Source: Oscillospiraceae bacterium
GTDB lineage: Bacteria > Bacillota > Clostridia > Oscillospirales > Ruminococcaceae
DNA length: 39,513 nucleotides
Reading direction: 5' to 3'
Assembly: GCA_045133675.1 (NCBI GenBank)
Contig: JBGUUS010000084.1
Location: 1 to 39,513 of the forward strand
A program made the translations under genes and the position numbers. Shown here in pieces: positions 28,534-38,624 of this stretch (position 1 is the stretch's first letter; the number at the start of each line of letters is the position of its first letter). The notes under the pieces were generated by a model. That model did not search any database and was not told where the DNA came from. It saw nothing but the letters and a program-made list of their open reading frames with translations.

Positions 28534-28577
28534 AAACGCCGTCCGGATTTTCCGGGCGGCGTTTTTGTGCTTTTTTG
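28534..28577 (+). terminator. Intrinsic terminator after valS
   Basis: AAACGCCGTCCGGA/TCCGGGCGGCGTTT stem followed by a T tract. Confidence 0.8.
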
Positions 28578-28759
28578 ATGCGAAAACCCGTCAAATAACA
28601 AGAGAAAAACGGAAAATATCTCCTTGCTTTTTGGTCTGTTGATATCTATAATGAAAACAGAGAGATTCCGGTTTGCGGGATCGAATATCGAAAAAAGCGG
28701 CGCCGAAAGGGTGTGCCGCGAAAAATATAACGCCGGTTTCCGGCAGAAGGAGATATCCT

Positions 28760-30319
28760 ATGGCAAGTGTAGTAAGAGTACACAAGGAAGAGATCATGGC
28801 GCGCTTTGGCGGCATGGGCTTCCATAATACCGAGGCAAATCTGTACCGTCAGATGAGCGACCGCCAGTTCAACGAAGTTGTCGGCAAGATTTTTGCTGAG
28901 CTTTCGCCGAGCTTTTCGAGAATGTGGGGCGGTTTTCCGACATGGACGAAAGAGGAAATGGACGACTTTGCAGAATACTGCGAGAAAACGCACTGCAAAG
29001 CAGGCACGACCATCTATCTGACCGGCCGCACCGTTCGTTATCACACCGAAGAGGAACTCAACGAGTACGCGAAAAACGTTGCTGACCGCCTCGAATACCT
29101 CATCGTTGAAAAAGGCATCAAAAACATCCAGATCTACTGCATGTCCAACGAGCTTTCTCTGGACGACTGGGGCGATCTGAACTTTGAGATGGCAACCTTT
29201 AAACGTTACCACACCCACCTGTACAACGAGTTCAGAAAACGCGGTCTGCCGGTCAAACTGCTTGCAACCGACGCTTCGCCGTTGGTGCGCTGGGAGACCA
29301 TCGAATGGGCAATCGCAAACGGCATGGTTCCGATCTCCGGCGTTTTCGGCGGCCACCACTACGTTAACGACTTTGAACCGGAAGACCTCGAGTTCTATAA
29401 AATCTTCTGGCGCCACTGCTACGACGTCGTTCAGATGCTCAAACCGCACGAGAGAAGCTTCATTCTCGGCGAGTTCGGTCTGGCACAGATGTTCAAACAG
29501 GGCTTCCGCACCATCAACGGCGTAAAAATGGACGTATGCCACGCGTTCTTCAACGGCAAAGAGGCATATTCCGCACTGCAGGTTGTTGAGATGGCACTTG
29601 CTGCAATGAACGCAGGCGTTTATGCAACGGCTCTCTGGACCTTCACCGATATCCCGAATCCGGACGGACTTGCGGCACGTCTCAACAAATGGGGCCTCAC
29701 CCGCTGGGATGGCGAGGACTATTCCGCACGCGATTGGCTCTATGCGTACGGCCTGCTCGTCAAATACCTCAAATACAACGGCAAACCGTTTACCATTAAA
29801 TCCGATGACTTCCTGCTCAGAAGCGGCGGCGTAATCAACGATGACGGCTCCTTCTCCGTTGCCATCGTCAACCGCCACAAGGAAGAAACCGAGATCGAAG
29901 TCGTTCTCGATAACTTCAAAGCTGACAAGAAAGTTCGCCTGTACCTGTACGATTCCGCAAACGTTCCGCGCAGCGAGTTCGCTGAACTGCAGGAGCCGTC
30001 CGCTCTGCTCTGCGCTTGCGACGGCACGGTTAAATTCACGGTTCCGGGCAGCTCGATCGTTATGCTGACCACCGACTACACCGATGCAAAACCGGCAGCT
30101 GTTACCGGCGTTAAAGTTGAAAACGGCACCGTTACCTGGGACGAATCCGCAGATGCAAGCCACGTATACTACCGCGTATACAAAGGCGAGACCGCAGACT
30201 TTGTTCCGGAGAAAGCAAACCAGATCGCTTCCACGATCGCAACGAAATGTGCGGCAACCGACGGCGAAGGCTTCTACAAAGTTTGCTCGGTCAACCGCTC
30301 GGGCAATCTTTCGGAATAA
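28760..30319 (+). CDS. Putative clan GH-A glycoside hydrolase with C-terminal beta-sandwich and Fn3-like domains
   Basis: MSNE (acid/base-like), GHHY, ILGEFG (nucleophile-like), SVAIVNR, C-terminal VTW..YYRVY..YKVCSVNRSGNLS; RBS AAGGAG; no signal peptide. Confidence 0.65.
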   Translation: MASVVRVHKEEIMARFGGMGFHNTEANLYRQMSDRQFNEVVGKIFAELSPSFSRMWGGFPTWTKEEMDDFAEYCEKTHCKAGTTIYLTGRTVRYHTEEELNEYAKNVADRLEYLIVEKGIKNIQIYCMSNELSLDDWGDLNFEMATFKRYHTHLYNEFRKRGLPVKLLATDASPLVRWETIEWAIANGMVPISGVFGGHHYVNDFEPEDLEFYKIFWRHCYDVVQMLKPHERSFILGEFGLAQMFKQGFRTINGVKMDVCHAFFNGKEAYSALQVVEMALAAMNAGVYATALWTFTDIPNPDGLAARLNKWGLTRWDGEDYSARDWLYAYGLLVKYLKYNGKPFTIKSDDFLLRSGGVINDDGSFSVAIVNRHKEETEIEVVLDNFKADKKVRLYLYDSANVPRSEFAELQEPSALLCACDGTVKFTVPGSSIVMLTTDYTDAKPAAVTGVKVENGTVTWDESADASHVYYRVYKGETADFVPEKANQIASTIATKCAATDGEGFYKVCSVNRSGNLSE

Positions 30320-30350
30320 CCAAACGCAAAATTTGAGAGGGTATGAAGGA

Positions 30351-30388
30351 GAACCGGGTCCGGAAGGATCCGGTTCTTTTTTCTTTCT
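30351..30388 (+). terminator. Intrinsic terminator
   Basis: GAACCGGGTCC/GGATCCGGTTC stem followed by a T tract. Confidence 0.8.
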
Positions 30389-30445
30389 TGAAGAAAATCC
30401 GATGCTGTGATACAATGAATTTATCTTCGAAAGGGAGTTGACCGT

Positions 30446-31729
30446 ATGTTCAGAACCGAAACTGAGGCTTTGCAATATATCCATACCCGCACGCGCTTTG
30501 GCTCGCAGAAGAGCCTGGACCGCATCCGCGCGCTGATGAAGGCGCTCGGCGATCCGCAGAAGCAGCTGAAATTCGTACATGTTGCCGGAACGAACGGAAA
30601 AGGTTCGGTTTCCACGATGACGGCCGAGATCGCGAAAGAGAGCGGATACCGCGTCGGCTTATACACCTCGCCGTATCTCGTGCGCTTCACCGAGCGTTTT
30701 CGCGTAAACGGTGAACAGATGCCGGGTGACAAGCTCGCCGAGCTCGCAAACCGCGTGAAAGCGGCGGCGGACGGCCTTTTGAACGAAGGCATGGAATGCA
30801 CCGAATTCGAGATCGTTACGGCGATCGGCTTTTGCTGGTTTGCGGAGGAAAAATGCGACCTCGTTGTGCTGGAGGTCGGTCTTGGCGGCAGACTTGACGC
30901 AACGAATGTGATCGATACACCGCTTTGTGCGGCGATCGTTCCGGTTTCGCTCGACCATACGGCGATCCTCGGCAATACGGTGGAGCAGATTGCGGCGGAA
31001 AAAGGCGGCATCATCAAAACGGGCGGCACGGTCGTCTGTGCGGCGGATCAGCCGGATGAGGCGGTCAGCGTATTGGAAGCGATCTGTGTTGAGCGCGGCG
31101 CACGCCTTGTAAAAACCGAAAAGCAGGCGGTGGAATGCATCGAAACGGGACTTTCGGGTACGGTCGTCCGCTATAAAGGCGAAACGTATCGGCTGGCAAT
31201 GGGCGGTGCGCATCAGGCATACAACGCCTCCTGCGTGCTTGAGATCGTCGGCGTTTTGCGGGAAAACGGCTTTGCGCTTTTGGAAGAAGCGGTAAAAGCG
31301 GCGCTGAAAAAGGCGCGCATTCACGGCAGACTCGAGATGCTGCGCGAAAAGCCGATGCTGATCGTGGACGGTGCGCATAACCCGGCGGCTTCGGCGGTAT
31401 TGCGCGAGGCGATCAAAAAGCTCCCGGTCAAGCGGCGGATCGCGGTCATGGCTGTGATGGAGGACAAGGATTTCACCGCGGTCGTTGCGGATATTGCCGG
31501 TGTATGCGATGCGGTGGTTTGCTGTGCGGTGCCGGATATGCCGCGCTCGTGCAAGGCGCAAAAGCTTGCGGAAGTCGTACGCGGATGCGGCACAGCGGCA
31601 GAGGCCGCCGATTCGATCGATGAAGCGCTCGAAAAGGCGCAGGAGCTCGCCGGAGAAGACGGCGCGGTGATCGTCTGCGGCTCGCTCTATCTGGTGGGAA
31701 CGGTTTGCGGAAAAGTCGGCGTGGAGTGA
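30446..31729 (+). CDS. folC: Folylpolyglutamate synthase/dihydrofolate synthase
   Basis: HVAGTNGKGS, YTSPYL..FTER, EVGLGGRLDATN, DGAHNP, CGSLYLVG. Confidence 0.95.
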   Translation: MFRTETEALQYIHTRTRFGSQKSLDRIRALMKALGDPQKQLKFVHVAGTNGKGSVSTMTAEIAKESGYRVGLYTSPYLVRFTERFRVNGEQMPGDKLAELANRVKAAADGLLNEGMECTEFEIVTAIGFCWFAEEKCDLVVLEVGLGGRLDATNVIDTPLCAAIVPVSLDHTAILGNTVEQIAAEKGGIIKTGGTVVCAADQPDEAVSVLEAICVERGARLVKTEKQAVECIETGLSGTVVRYKGETYRLAMGGAHQAYNASCVLEIVGVLRENGFALLEEAVKAALKKARIHGRLEMLREKPMLIVDGAHNPAASAVLREAIKKLPVKRRIAVMAVMEDKDFTAVVADIAGVCDAVVCCAVPDMPRSCKAQKLAEVVRGCGTAAEAADSIDEALEKAQELAGEDGAVIVCGSLYLVGTVCGKVGVE

Positions 31730-31735
31730 ACAGAA

Positions 31736-31742
31736 TTCGACA
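31736..31742. promoter_or_regulatory. Putative Spo0A box upstream of the spoIIA operon
   Basis: TTCGACA is the reverse complement of the 0A-box consensus TGTCGAA; about 105 bp upstream of spoIIAA; short motif, could be chance. Confidence 0.5.
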
Positions 31743-31847
31743 CGCTTTTTGCGGACAAGCGAATATAATGAGGATGTCACGGACATCTTTACGGGCAGGT
31801 GCCATGCGGCGCCTGTCCGTTTTTTATTTTGCAAAGGAGGAATTGCT

Positions 31848-32168
31848 ATGCTGCAGATACAGCAGGAAAACGAAAATTTACGCGCGGTGATCGGCGGCGA
31901 GATCGACCATCATACCGCCCGGAATATCCGCGCGCAGATCGACGCGGCGATCGGTATGTGCGAACCGAAGCGGCTGATCCTGGATATGGGCAACATCACG
32001 TTTATGGATTCCAGCGGTGTCGGTCTGATCATGGGCCGGTATCGGCTGATGCAAAGCCACGGCGGCGAGGTGGCGGTGGAGAATGTGTCACCGCGGATCG
32101 AGAGGATGCTGCGGCTCTCCGGAATCGGACAGCTCGCGCGCATCAGCGGAAAGGAGCAGACAGAATGA
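31848..32168 (+). CDS. spoIIAA: Anti-sigma F factor antagonist
   Basis: GEIDHHTA, FMDSSGVGLIMGRY STAS motif; RBS AAAGGAGG. Confidence 0.95.
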   Translation: MLQIQQENENLRAVIGGEIDHHTARNIRAQIDAAIGMCEPKRLILDMGNITFMDSSGVGLIMGRYRLMQSHGGEVAVENVSPRIERMLRLSGIGQLARISGKEQTE

Positions 32169-32602
32169 AGATTATCAATGAAGTGAAACTTACATTTTTG
32201 AGCCGGTCGGCCAACGAAAGCTTCGCGCGCGTTTCGGCAGCGGGATTTTTCATGCAGCTCGATCCGACACTTGAGGAGCTGAACGATATCCGCACGGCGG
32301 TGAGCGAGGCGGTGACGAACGCGATCGTGCACGGATACCGGAACATGAGCGGAAATGTGTATATCACGCTGCGGATTCTGGAAGGAAATATCGCGTATAT
32401 CCGGGTGCGCGACAGCGGCTGCGGGATTGCGGACGTGGAAAAAGCGATGGAACCGCTTTTTACCACGGCACCGGAGGAGGAACGGAGCGGTCTCGGCTTT
32501 GCGATCATGCAGAGCTTTATGGATAAGGTGGCGGTGCGCTCGGCGGTCGGAAAAGGCACGACCGTTACGATGACGAAAGCGCTGCGGACGCGCGATGTAT
32601 AA
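32165..32602 (+). CDS. spoIIAB: Anti-sigma F factor
   Basis: NESFAR, DPTLEEL.DIRTAVSEAVTNAIVHGY, AMEPLFTT..ERSGLGF. Confidence 0.96.
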   Translation: MKIINEVKLTFLSRSANESFARVSAAGFFMQLDPTLEELNDIRTAVSEAVTNAIVHGYRNMSGNVYITLRILEGNIAYIRVRDSGCGIADVEKAMEPLFTTAPEEERSGLGFAIMQSFMDKVAVRSAVGKGTTVTMTKALRTRDV

Positions 32603-33260
32603 ATCCGCACAGGAGACCGAAGCGTTCGTCGCAAAAAATCTCGGGCTTGTGCACAGCTGCGCAAACCGCTTTCGCGGCCGCGGTATCGAATATGACGATC
32701 TTTACGGCGCGGGATGTATGGGCCTTGTCAAAGCGGTTGCCGGATTCGATGAGTCGCGCGGCCTTTGCTTTTCGACGTATGCGGTTCCGGTTATTTTGGG
32801 CGAGATGCGGCGGCTGTTCCGCGACGGCGGTGCGGTAAAGGTGAGCCGCGGGCTGAAAGAATTTTCGCTGAAAGTAACGCGGGAGCGCGAGCGCTTTATG
32901 AAAACACAGTTCCGCGAGCCAACCGTGTCGGAGCTTGCGCAAATTCTCGGCACCTCCGCCGAACGGATCACGGAGGCAATCGCGGTGAGTGCGCCGCCGG
33001 TTTCGCTGACCGCGGAAGACGGAGACGGCGAGGAGTTCGACGTGGTACAGGAGAGCGGATGTGACGCGGTTTGTGAACGGCTGGCGCTGCAAACGGCGCT
33101 CGAAAGGCTCGAGGAAAAGGATCGGACGCTGATCGCGATGCGGTATTACGGCGAAAAAACGCAGACACAGGTGGCGCAAATGCTTCATATGACGCAGGTT
33201 CAGGTATCTCGCCGGGAGAAAAAGATCCTTTTGCTCCTGCGCGCAGGATTATCGGAATAA
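32595..33260 (+). CDS. sigF: Sporulation sigma factor F
   Basis: NLGLVH, FSTYAVPVILGEMRRLFRD, TQVQVSRREKKIL; third gene of the spoIIA operon. Confidence 0.9.
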   Translation: MYKSAQETEAFVAKNLGLVHSCANRFRGRGIEYDDLYGAGCMGLVKAVAGFDESRGLCFSTYAVPVILGEMRRLFRDGGAVKVSRGLKEFSLKVTRERERFMKTQFREPTVSELAQILGTSAERITEAIAVSAPPVSLTAEDGDGEEFDVVQESGCDAVCERLALQTALERLEEKDRTLIAMRYYGEKTQTQVAQMLHMTQVQVSRREKKILLLLRAGLSE

Positions 33261-33287
33261 AAAACGCATTTTTTTTGAAAAAAACTG

Positions 33288-33337
33288 TTGACAAATCGGA
33301 AAATATCGGTATAATAAAGATAACGATAATGATTATC
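33288..33337 (+). promoter_or_regulatory. Sigma-A promoter with adjacent Fur/PerR box
   Basis: TTGACA-N16-TATAAT (33288-33315), then GATAACGATAATGATTATC (33319-37), a 17/19 match to the classical Fur box. Confidence 0.8.
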
Positions 33338-33363
33338 GATAATAAATGAGCGAGGTGAGGCGG

Positions 33364-33747
33364 ATGCGCTACTCCAGACAGCGGGAAATGATCTTAAACG
33401 AAATGAAAGATCGCTACGATCATCCGACGGCGGATACCCTGTATGCGGATCTGCGCGAAAAGGAACCGAACCTGAGCCTTGCGACTGTGTATCGGAATCT
33501 CAATCAGCTCGCGGATTTGGGCACCATCCGCCGGATGCATACGACCGACGGAAAAACCCGTTTTGACGGAACGCTCGCACCGCACGAGCATATGCACTGT
33601 GTACAGTGCGGAAGAGTGGTGGATTGTCCGCCGGAATTTTGCAGCGTACTGCAAAATCAGATTTTCGAGCACACCGGTTTTTCCGTTGCGGCATATGAGC
33701 TGTTTATCACGGGAACCTGCCCGGAATGTGCAAAAGAAGTTGTATAA
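33364..33747 (+). CDS. Fur family regulator (PerR-like)
   Basis: SRQR, DHPTAD, SLATVYRNL, HEHMHCVQCG, CPEC; RBS GAGGTG; upstream of rubrerythrin. Confidence 0.9.
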   Translation: MRYSRQREMILNEMKDRYDHPTADTLYADLREKEPNLSLATVYRNLNQLADLGTIRRMHTTDGKTRFDGTLAPHEHMHCVQCGRVVDCPPEFCSVLQNQIFEHTGFSVAAYELFITGTCPECAKEVV

Positions 33748-33800
33748 AACCCAATTTTGGGTTAAAATAAGAATATCAAAGTCAAAGGAGCGTTTTTGAA

Positions 33801-34343
33801 ATGATGAATCTGAAAGGCACCAGAACCGAAGCTAACCTGCTTGCAGCATTTGCAGGCGAATCCCAGGCAAGAAACAAATACACCTTCTATGCTTCCAAAG
33901 CAAAAAAAGAGGGCTATGAGCAGATCGCAGCGATCTTTACCGAGACTGCGGACAACGAAAAAGAGCACGCAAAACTTTGGTTCAAATTCCTCCACGATGA
34001 GGCGATCCCGACCACAACCGTAAACCTGCTGGATGCGGCTGAAGGCGAGAACTACGAGTGGACCGAAATGTACGACGAGTTCGCAAAAGTTGCAAAAGAA
34101 GAGGGCTTCGACAAACTCGCATACCTCTTTGAAGCAGTTGGCAAAGTTGAAAAAGAGCACGAAGAGCGCTACCGCAAGCTTCTTGCAAACGTTGAAGGCG
34201 GTCTCGTATTCTCCAGAGACGGCGATATGGTATGGCAGTGCAGAAACTGCGGCCACATCCACATCGGCAAAGCAGCTCCGGAGCTCTGCCCGGTATGCGC
34301 ACATCCGAAAGCATACTTCGAAATCCGCAAAGAGAACTACTAA
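33801..34343 (+). CDS. rbr: Rubrerythrin
   Basis: [28 protein letters not shown]-terminal WQCRNCG..CPVC rubredoxin domain. Confidence 0.97.
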   Translation: MMNLKGTRTEANLLAAFAGESQARNKYTFYASKAKKEGYEQIAAIFTETADNEKEHAKLWFKFLHDEAIPTTTVNLLDAAEGENYEWTEMYDEFAKVAKEEGFDKLAYLFEAVGKVEKEHEERYRKLLANVEGGLVFSRDGDMVWQCRNCGHIHIGKAAPELCPVCAHPKAYFEIRKENY

Positions 34344-34400
34344 GATCAAAGCCGGTTTTTCCGGTGTGATATGACGCACCAAACCCAATAATCCACCTGA

Positions 34401-34439
34401 AACGGCGCTCCCACTACGCTGTGGGAGCGTCGTTTTTTG
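34401..34439 (+). terminator. Intrinsic terminator after rbr
   Basis: AAACGGCGCTCCCAC/GTGGGAGCGTCGTTT stem followed by a T tract. Confidence 0.75.
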
Positions 34440-34449
34440 CGAAGGAGTA

Positions 34450-35277
34450 ATGACAAACATGGATCCCATCGACGTAAAAATCCCGTCTGAAACCGCGAAA
34501 AAGATCAAAACCGGCACGATCGTGCTGATCGTACTGGCACTTCTTGTTTTTGCGGCAATCAACAGCGTTGTGATCATCGATGCCGGCCACACCGGCGTTG
34601 TTGTAACGCTTGGTAAGGTAAACGAAGGCGTACTGCAGGAAGGTATGCACTTCAAAGTTCCGTTTGCACAGCAGGTTGTCACGATCGACAACCGCATCGT
34701 TAAGCTTGAGGTGACGACCGAAGCGTTCTCGAAGGACCTGCAGACCGTAAACACCACGCTTGCGATCAACTACCGCGTTGATACGACCAAATCGTTCAGC
34801 ATCTATAAAAACATCGGTCCGGACTATGAGAGCGTTCTTGTTGTTCCGGCGGTTAACGAGGTGCTCAAAGCGACCACCGCGAAATACACCGCAGAAGAGA
34901 GTGTTACGAACCGTGCGCTTGTATCCGAAGGTTTGATCGAAGGTCTTAACGCAAAACTCAACGCGATCGGCCTGTATGTAACGGACGTCAACATCATCAA
35001 CTTCGATTTCTCCGAGGCGTTTATTGCCGCAATCGAGGAAAAACAGGTTGCACAGCAGAAGCTTTTGACCGCAGAGACCGAGAAACAGACCGCGATCACG
35101 AATGCAGAAGCGGAAGCAGAGACCATCCGTATCCGCGCAGAGGCAGAGGCGGCTGCAAACGAACGGTTGAACGAATCCATCACCGACCGCATTATCGAGT
35201 ATAACAAGGTCGATAAATGGGATGGCAAGCTGCCGCAGGTTACCGGCAACGCCAGCTCCATGATCAATATTGAATAA
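34450..35277 (+). CDS. SPFH/prohibitin (Band 7) family protein
   Basis: TM anchor, GHTGVVVTLG, EGMHFKVPF, SKDLQ, AIEEKQVAQQ coiled coil, KWDGKLP. Confidence 0.92.
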   Translation: MTNMDPIDVKIPSETAKKIKTGTIVLIVLALLVFAAINSVVIIDAGHTGVVVTLGKVNEGVLQEGMHFKVPFAQQVVTIDNRIVKLEVTTEAFSKDLQTVNTTLAINYRVDTTKSFSIYKNIGPDYESVLVVPAVNEVLKATTAKYTAEESVTNRALVSEGLIEGLNAKLNAIGLYVTDVNIINFDFSEAFIAAIEEKQVAQQKLLTAETEKQTAITNAEAEAETIRIRAEAEAAANERLNESITDRIIEYNKVDKWDGKLPQVTGNASSMINIE

Positions 35278-35302
35278 ACGGTACGATATTCTTACATAAC
35301 GG

Positions 35303-35341
35303 AAAACGGGAGATCCGCAGAGACGGATTTCCCGTTTTTTG
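35303..35341 (+). terminator. Intrinsic terminator
   Basis: AAAACGGGAGATCCG/CGGATTTCCCGTTTT stem. Confidence 0.8.
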
Positions 35342-35425
35342 CTTGCTGTTTTCGTGCAAATGCGGTATGATTACAGTAGAGTATTATGCGGAAGCAATGG
35401 AACAAAAACAGAGGAGAGAACAGAA

Positions 35426-36625
35426 ATGAAATACGATTTTACCAGTATTATTGACAGAACCGGTATGGATGCGATCGCCGTCGATTCGATCCCGATCCCG
35501 GGTGCATCGATCAAAGAAGGCTTTTCGAGACTGCCGATGTGGGTTGCGGATATGAATTTTGCGACCGCACCGTCGATCCTTGCGGCTATTTCCAAACGCC
35601 TGGAGCATCCGTGCTTCGGCTATTTCCCGATGCGCGATGAATACTACGACGCGATCATCAACTGGCACAAAGAGCGCAACGGCGTTGAAGGTCTCACCAA
35701 AGAGGCGATCGGCTATGAAAACGGCGTTCTCGGCGGTGTGGTTGCCGCGATGGCCGTTCTGGCGGAGCCGGGCGCAAAGGTACTTGTTCACGCACCGACG
35801 TATGTCGGCTTTACCGGAAGTCTCGGCAACGCGGGCTACCGCATTGTTCACAGCGAGCTTATCCGCGATGAACAGGGCGTATGGCGCATGGACTATGAAG
35901 ATATGGACAGAAAACTCAAGGAAGAGAAGATTCACGTTGCGGTTTTCTGCTCGCCGCATAACCCGTGCGGACGTGTCTGGGAGCGCTGGGAGATCGAAAA
36001 GGCAATGGAGGTATACCGCGCGAACGACTGCTATGTTATCAGTGACGAGATCTGGTCGGATATCACGCTGAACGGCAGCCGCCATATCCCGACACAGAGC
36101 GTCTCCGAAGATGCAAAAATGCGCACGGTTGCGATCTATGCGCCGACAAAGACGTTCAACCTTGCGGGTCTGATCGGCTCGTACCATATCGTATACAACT
36201 CCTATATCCGCGACCGTATGGCAAAACAGAGCTCGCTCTCGCATTATAACAGCTGCAACGTGCTTTCGATGCACGCGCTGATCGGCGCATACAGCGAAGA
36301 AGGTGCCCAGTGGACGGATGAGCTGAAAGCGGTTCTGAGCGAGAACGTAAACTTTGCATACGACTATATCTGCGAGCACTTCAAAGGCGTTACCCTTGCA
36401 AAACCGGAGGGTACGTATATGCTCTTCCTCGACTGTGAGGAGTGGTGCAAGGCGCACGGAAAGACGATGGACGAACTGCTGAAAGCCGGTGTTGAAGTCG
36501 GCGTAATCTGGCAGGACGGCCGCGCGTTCCACGGAAAATGGTCGATCCGTATGAATCTCGCGCTGCCGAACGCGCTCGTAAAAGAGGCGTTTGACCGCCT
36601 TGACCGGTATGTATTCAACGCGTGA
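35426..36625 (+). CDS. MalY/PatB family PLP-dependent C-S lyase/aminotransferase
   Basis: PMWVADMNF, CSPHNPCGRVW, ISDEIWSD, APTKTFNLAGL, EGTYMLFLD. Confidence 0.92.
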   Translation: MKYDFTSIIDRTGMDAIAVDSIPIPGASIKEGFSRLPMWVADMNFATAPSILAAISKRLEHPCFGYFPMRDEYYDAIINWHKERNGVEGLTKEAIGYENGVLGGVVAAMAVLAEPGAKVLVHAPTYVGFTGSLGNAGYRIVHSELIRDEQGVWRMDYEDMDRKLKEEKIHVAVFCSPHNPCGRVWERWEIEKAMEVYRANDCYVISDEIWSDITLNGSRHIPTQSVSEDAKMRTVAIYAPTKTFNLAGLIGSYHIVYNSYIRDRMAKQSSLSHYNSCNVLSMHALIGAYSEEGAQWTDELKAVLSENVNFAYDYICEHFKGVTLAKPEGTYMLFLDCEEWCKAHGKTMDELLKAGVEVGVIWQDGRAFHGKWSIRMNLALPNALVKEAFDRLDRYVFNA

Positions 36626-36632
36626 GGTGAAA

Positions 36633-37217
36633 ATGAAACAGAGAGCGTTTTTGAATCTGCCGGAAAATTACCGTCCGATCCGGTCGGTGGACCTGCAGAA
36701 GAATAAAAAAGAGATGCTGCTTGTAAACGGCATTGCACTGGCGATCGGCGTGCTGATGGCGGTGCCGATGCATTTCGCCGTATCGATCGGCACACTGTTT
36801 GATATGAGCGAAGGACTTTTGGCGTATGGTATCCGCTTTGTTGTGATGCTTGCCGGCATGATCGCGTATATCGTCTTGCACGAAGCGGTTCACGGCATTG
36901 CGATGAAAGGCTTCGGCTGTAAAAAGGTGCGCTTCGGCTTTACGGGAATGTACGCCTATGCCGGATGCGACGAGTATTTCGACAAGCTGAGCTATCTGGT
37001 GATCGCGCTTGCGCCGGTCGTTGTATGGGGTATTGTGCTCGGTGTGATCCAGTGTTTTGTTCCGGTTTCGTGGCTTTGGGTCGTATATCTGATCCAAATC
37101 ACGAACATCAGCGGTGCCGCAGGCGATCTCTACGTGTTCTGCCTGTTTTCAAAGCTGCCGAAGGATATCCTTGTAAAAGACGTCGGCACAAGTATGACGG
37201 TTTACAGTGCAGAGTAA
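36633..37217 (+). CDS. DUF3267 family putative membrane zinc metalloprotease
   Basis: HEAVH (HExxH) after a TM helix, IALAP, NISGAAGDLY; RBS GAGGTG. Confidence 0.8.
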   Translation: MKQRAFLNLPENYRPIRSVDLQKNKKEMLLVNGIALAIGVLMAVPMHFAVSIGTLFDMSEGLLAYGIRFVVMLAGMIAYIVLHEAVHGIAMKGFGCKKVRFGFTGMYAYAGCDEYFDKLSYLVIALAPVVVWGIVLGVIQCFVPVSWLWVVYLIQITNISGAAGDLYVFCLFSKLPKDILVKDVGTSMTVYSAE

Positions 37218-37230
37218 AGAGGAAACGGGA

Positions 37231-38466
37231 ATGGAAAAATTCAAACGGACGAAGTTTGCCTGCTTTTATACATATTTGGCGATGTCGTCGATTTTCGTAC
37301 TGCCGCCGCTTCTGTTTGTGACCTTCCGCGAGATGTACGGCATATCTTACACCCTGCTCGGCACACTCGTGCTGATCAATTTCTGCACACAGCTGACAGT
37401 CGATCTGATCTTCTCGTTTTTTACGAAGTGGTTCAACATCAAAAAGACGATCCGCGTGATGCCGCTTTTGACAACGCTCGGCCTTGCCGTTTATGCGATC
37501 GTACCGGCATGCTTTCCGCAGTTTGCGTACGTGGGCTTTGTGGCCGGAACGGTGATTTTCTCGATCGCGGCGGGACTTTGCGAAGTGCTTTTGAGCCCGA
37601 CGGTTGCGGCACTGCCTTCGGATAATCCGGAGCGCGATATGAGCACGCTCCATTCGCTGTATGCCTACGGCGTTTTGACGGTCATAATCGGCAGTACGGT
37701 TTTCTTCGTGCTGTTCGGCCGCGAAAACTGGATGATCCTGACGCTCTTCTGGGCGATCCTGCCGATCGGTTCGACGGTGCTGTTCTGCACCTCGCCGCTG
37801 CCGGAAATGGATATGACGCAGAGCGTTTCGAAAGAGAAAAACAGACACCGCACGGTCGGTATGCTTTTGTGTGTATGCTGCATCTTCCTCGGAAGCGCGG
37901 CGGAGAACACGATGACGAACTGGATCTCCGGCTATATTGAGAGCGCGCTGCAGATCCCGAAAGCGCTCGGCGATATCCTCGGTATCGCGCTGTTTGCCGT
38001 GCTTCTCGGCTTTACGAGAACGTGGTACGCAAAATACGGCAAGAACATCCACCGCTTTTTGCTTTGCAGTATGTGCGGTGCGGTCGTCTGCTATCTGATC
38101 GTGGCGCTTTCGCCGAATGCGGTCGTTTCGCTGATCGCGTGCGTGCTGATGGGCATCACGACGTCGATGCTCTGGCCGGGTATGCTGATCTATATGGAAG
38201 AAAAGATTCTGAATCCGGGTGTCGTCGGCTATGCGCTGATGGCGGCAGGCGGCGATTTCGGCGCTTCTGTCGCGCCGCAGATGCTCGGCATCGTTGTCGA
38301 TAACGTTTCGGCAAGCGGATGGGCAACCGACCTCGGCGCGATGCTCTCGCTTTCGCCCGAGCAGGTCGGTATGAAAGCCGGAATGCTGCTTGCGGCGCTG
38401 TTCCCGGCGGTCGGCGTGCCGATGCTTTTGTATATCAGGCACTGGTTCAAAAAGAAAAAGGCATAG
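37231..38466 (+). CDS. MFS transporter
   Basis: About 12 hydrophobic segments in two halves; EVLLSP..LHS.Y pattern of clostridial MFS proteins. Confidence 0.85.
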   Translation: MEKFKRTKFACFYTYLAMSSIFVLPPLLFVTFREMYGISYTLLGTLVLINFCTQLTVDLIFSFFTKWFNIKKTIRVMPLLTTLGLAVYAIVPACFPQFAYVGFVAGTVIFSIAAGLCEVLLSPTVAALPSDNPERDMSTLHSLYAYGVLTVIIGSTVFFVLFGRENWMILTLFWAILPIGSTVLFCTSPLPEMDMTQSVSKEKNRHRTVGMLLCVCCIFLGSAAENTMTNWISGYIESALQIPKALGDILGIALFAVLLGFTRTWYAKYGKNIHRFLLCSMCGAVVCYLIVALSPNAVVSLIACVLMGITTSMLWPGMLIYMEEKILNPGVVGYALMAAGGDFGASVAPQMLGIVVDNVSASGWATDLGAMLSLSPEQVGMKAGMLLAALFPAVGVPMLLYIRHWFKKKKA

Positions 38467-38545
38467 GAAAGTTCTGCGGGATGAAAATCAGCAGGATGTT
38501 GAAACTTAAAGATTTCAATAATTCCCCAAAAAATCAAGAATATTG

Positions 38546-38574
38546 TTGACAAAAAAGAGATGCAGTAGTATAGT
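38546..38574 (+). promoter_or_regulatory. Sigma-A promoter
   Basis: TTGACA-N17-TATAGT. Confidence 0.75.
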
Positions 38575-38624
38575 GTGAATATAGATTGTAATAACAATCG
38601 TTTTATTTGGAAGGAGAAATTTCA

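Noticed and set aside
32595-33260. Short sigF N-terminus as a pseudogene
   Set aside because: Regions 2-4 are intact and the start overlaps spoIIAB as expected for translational coupling
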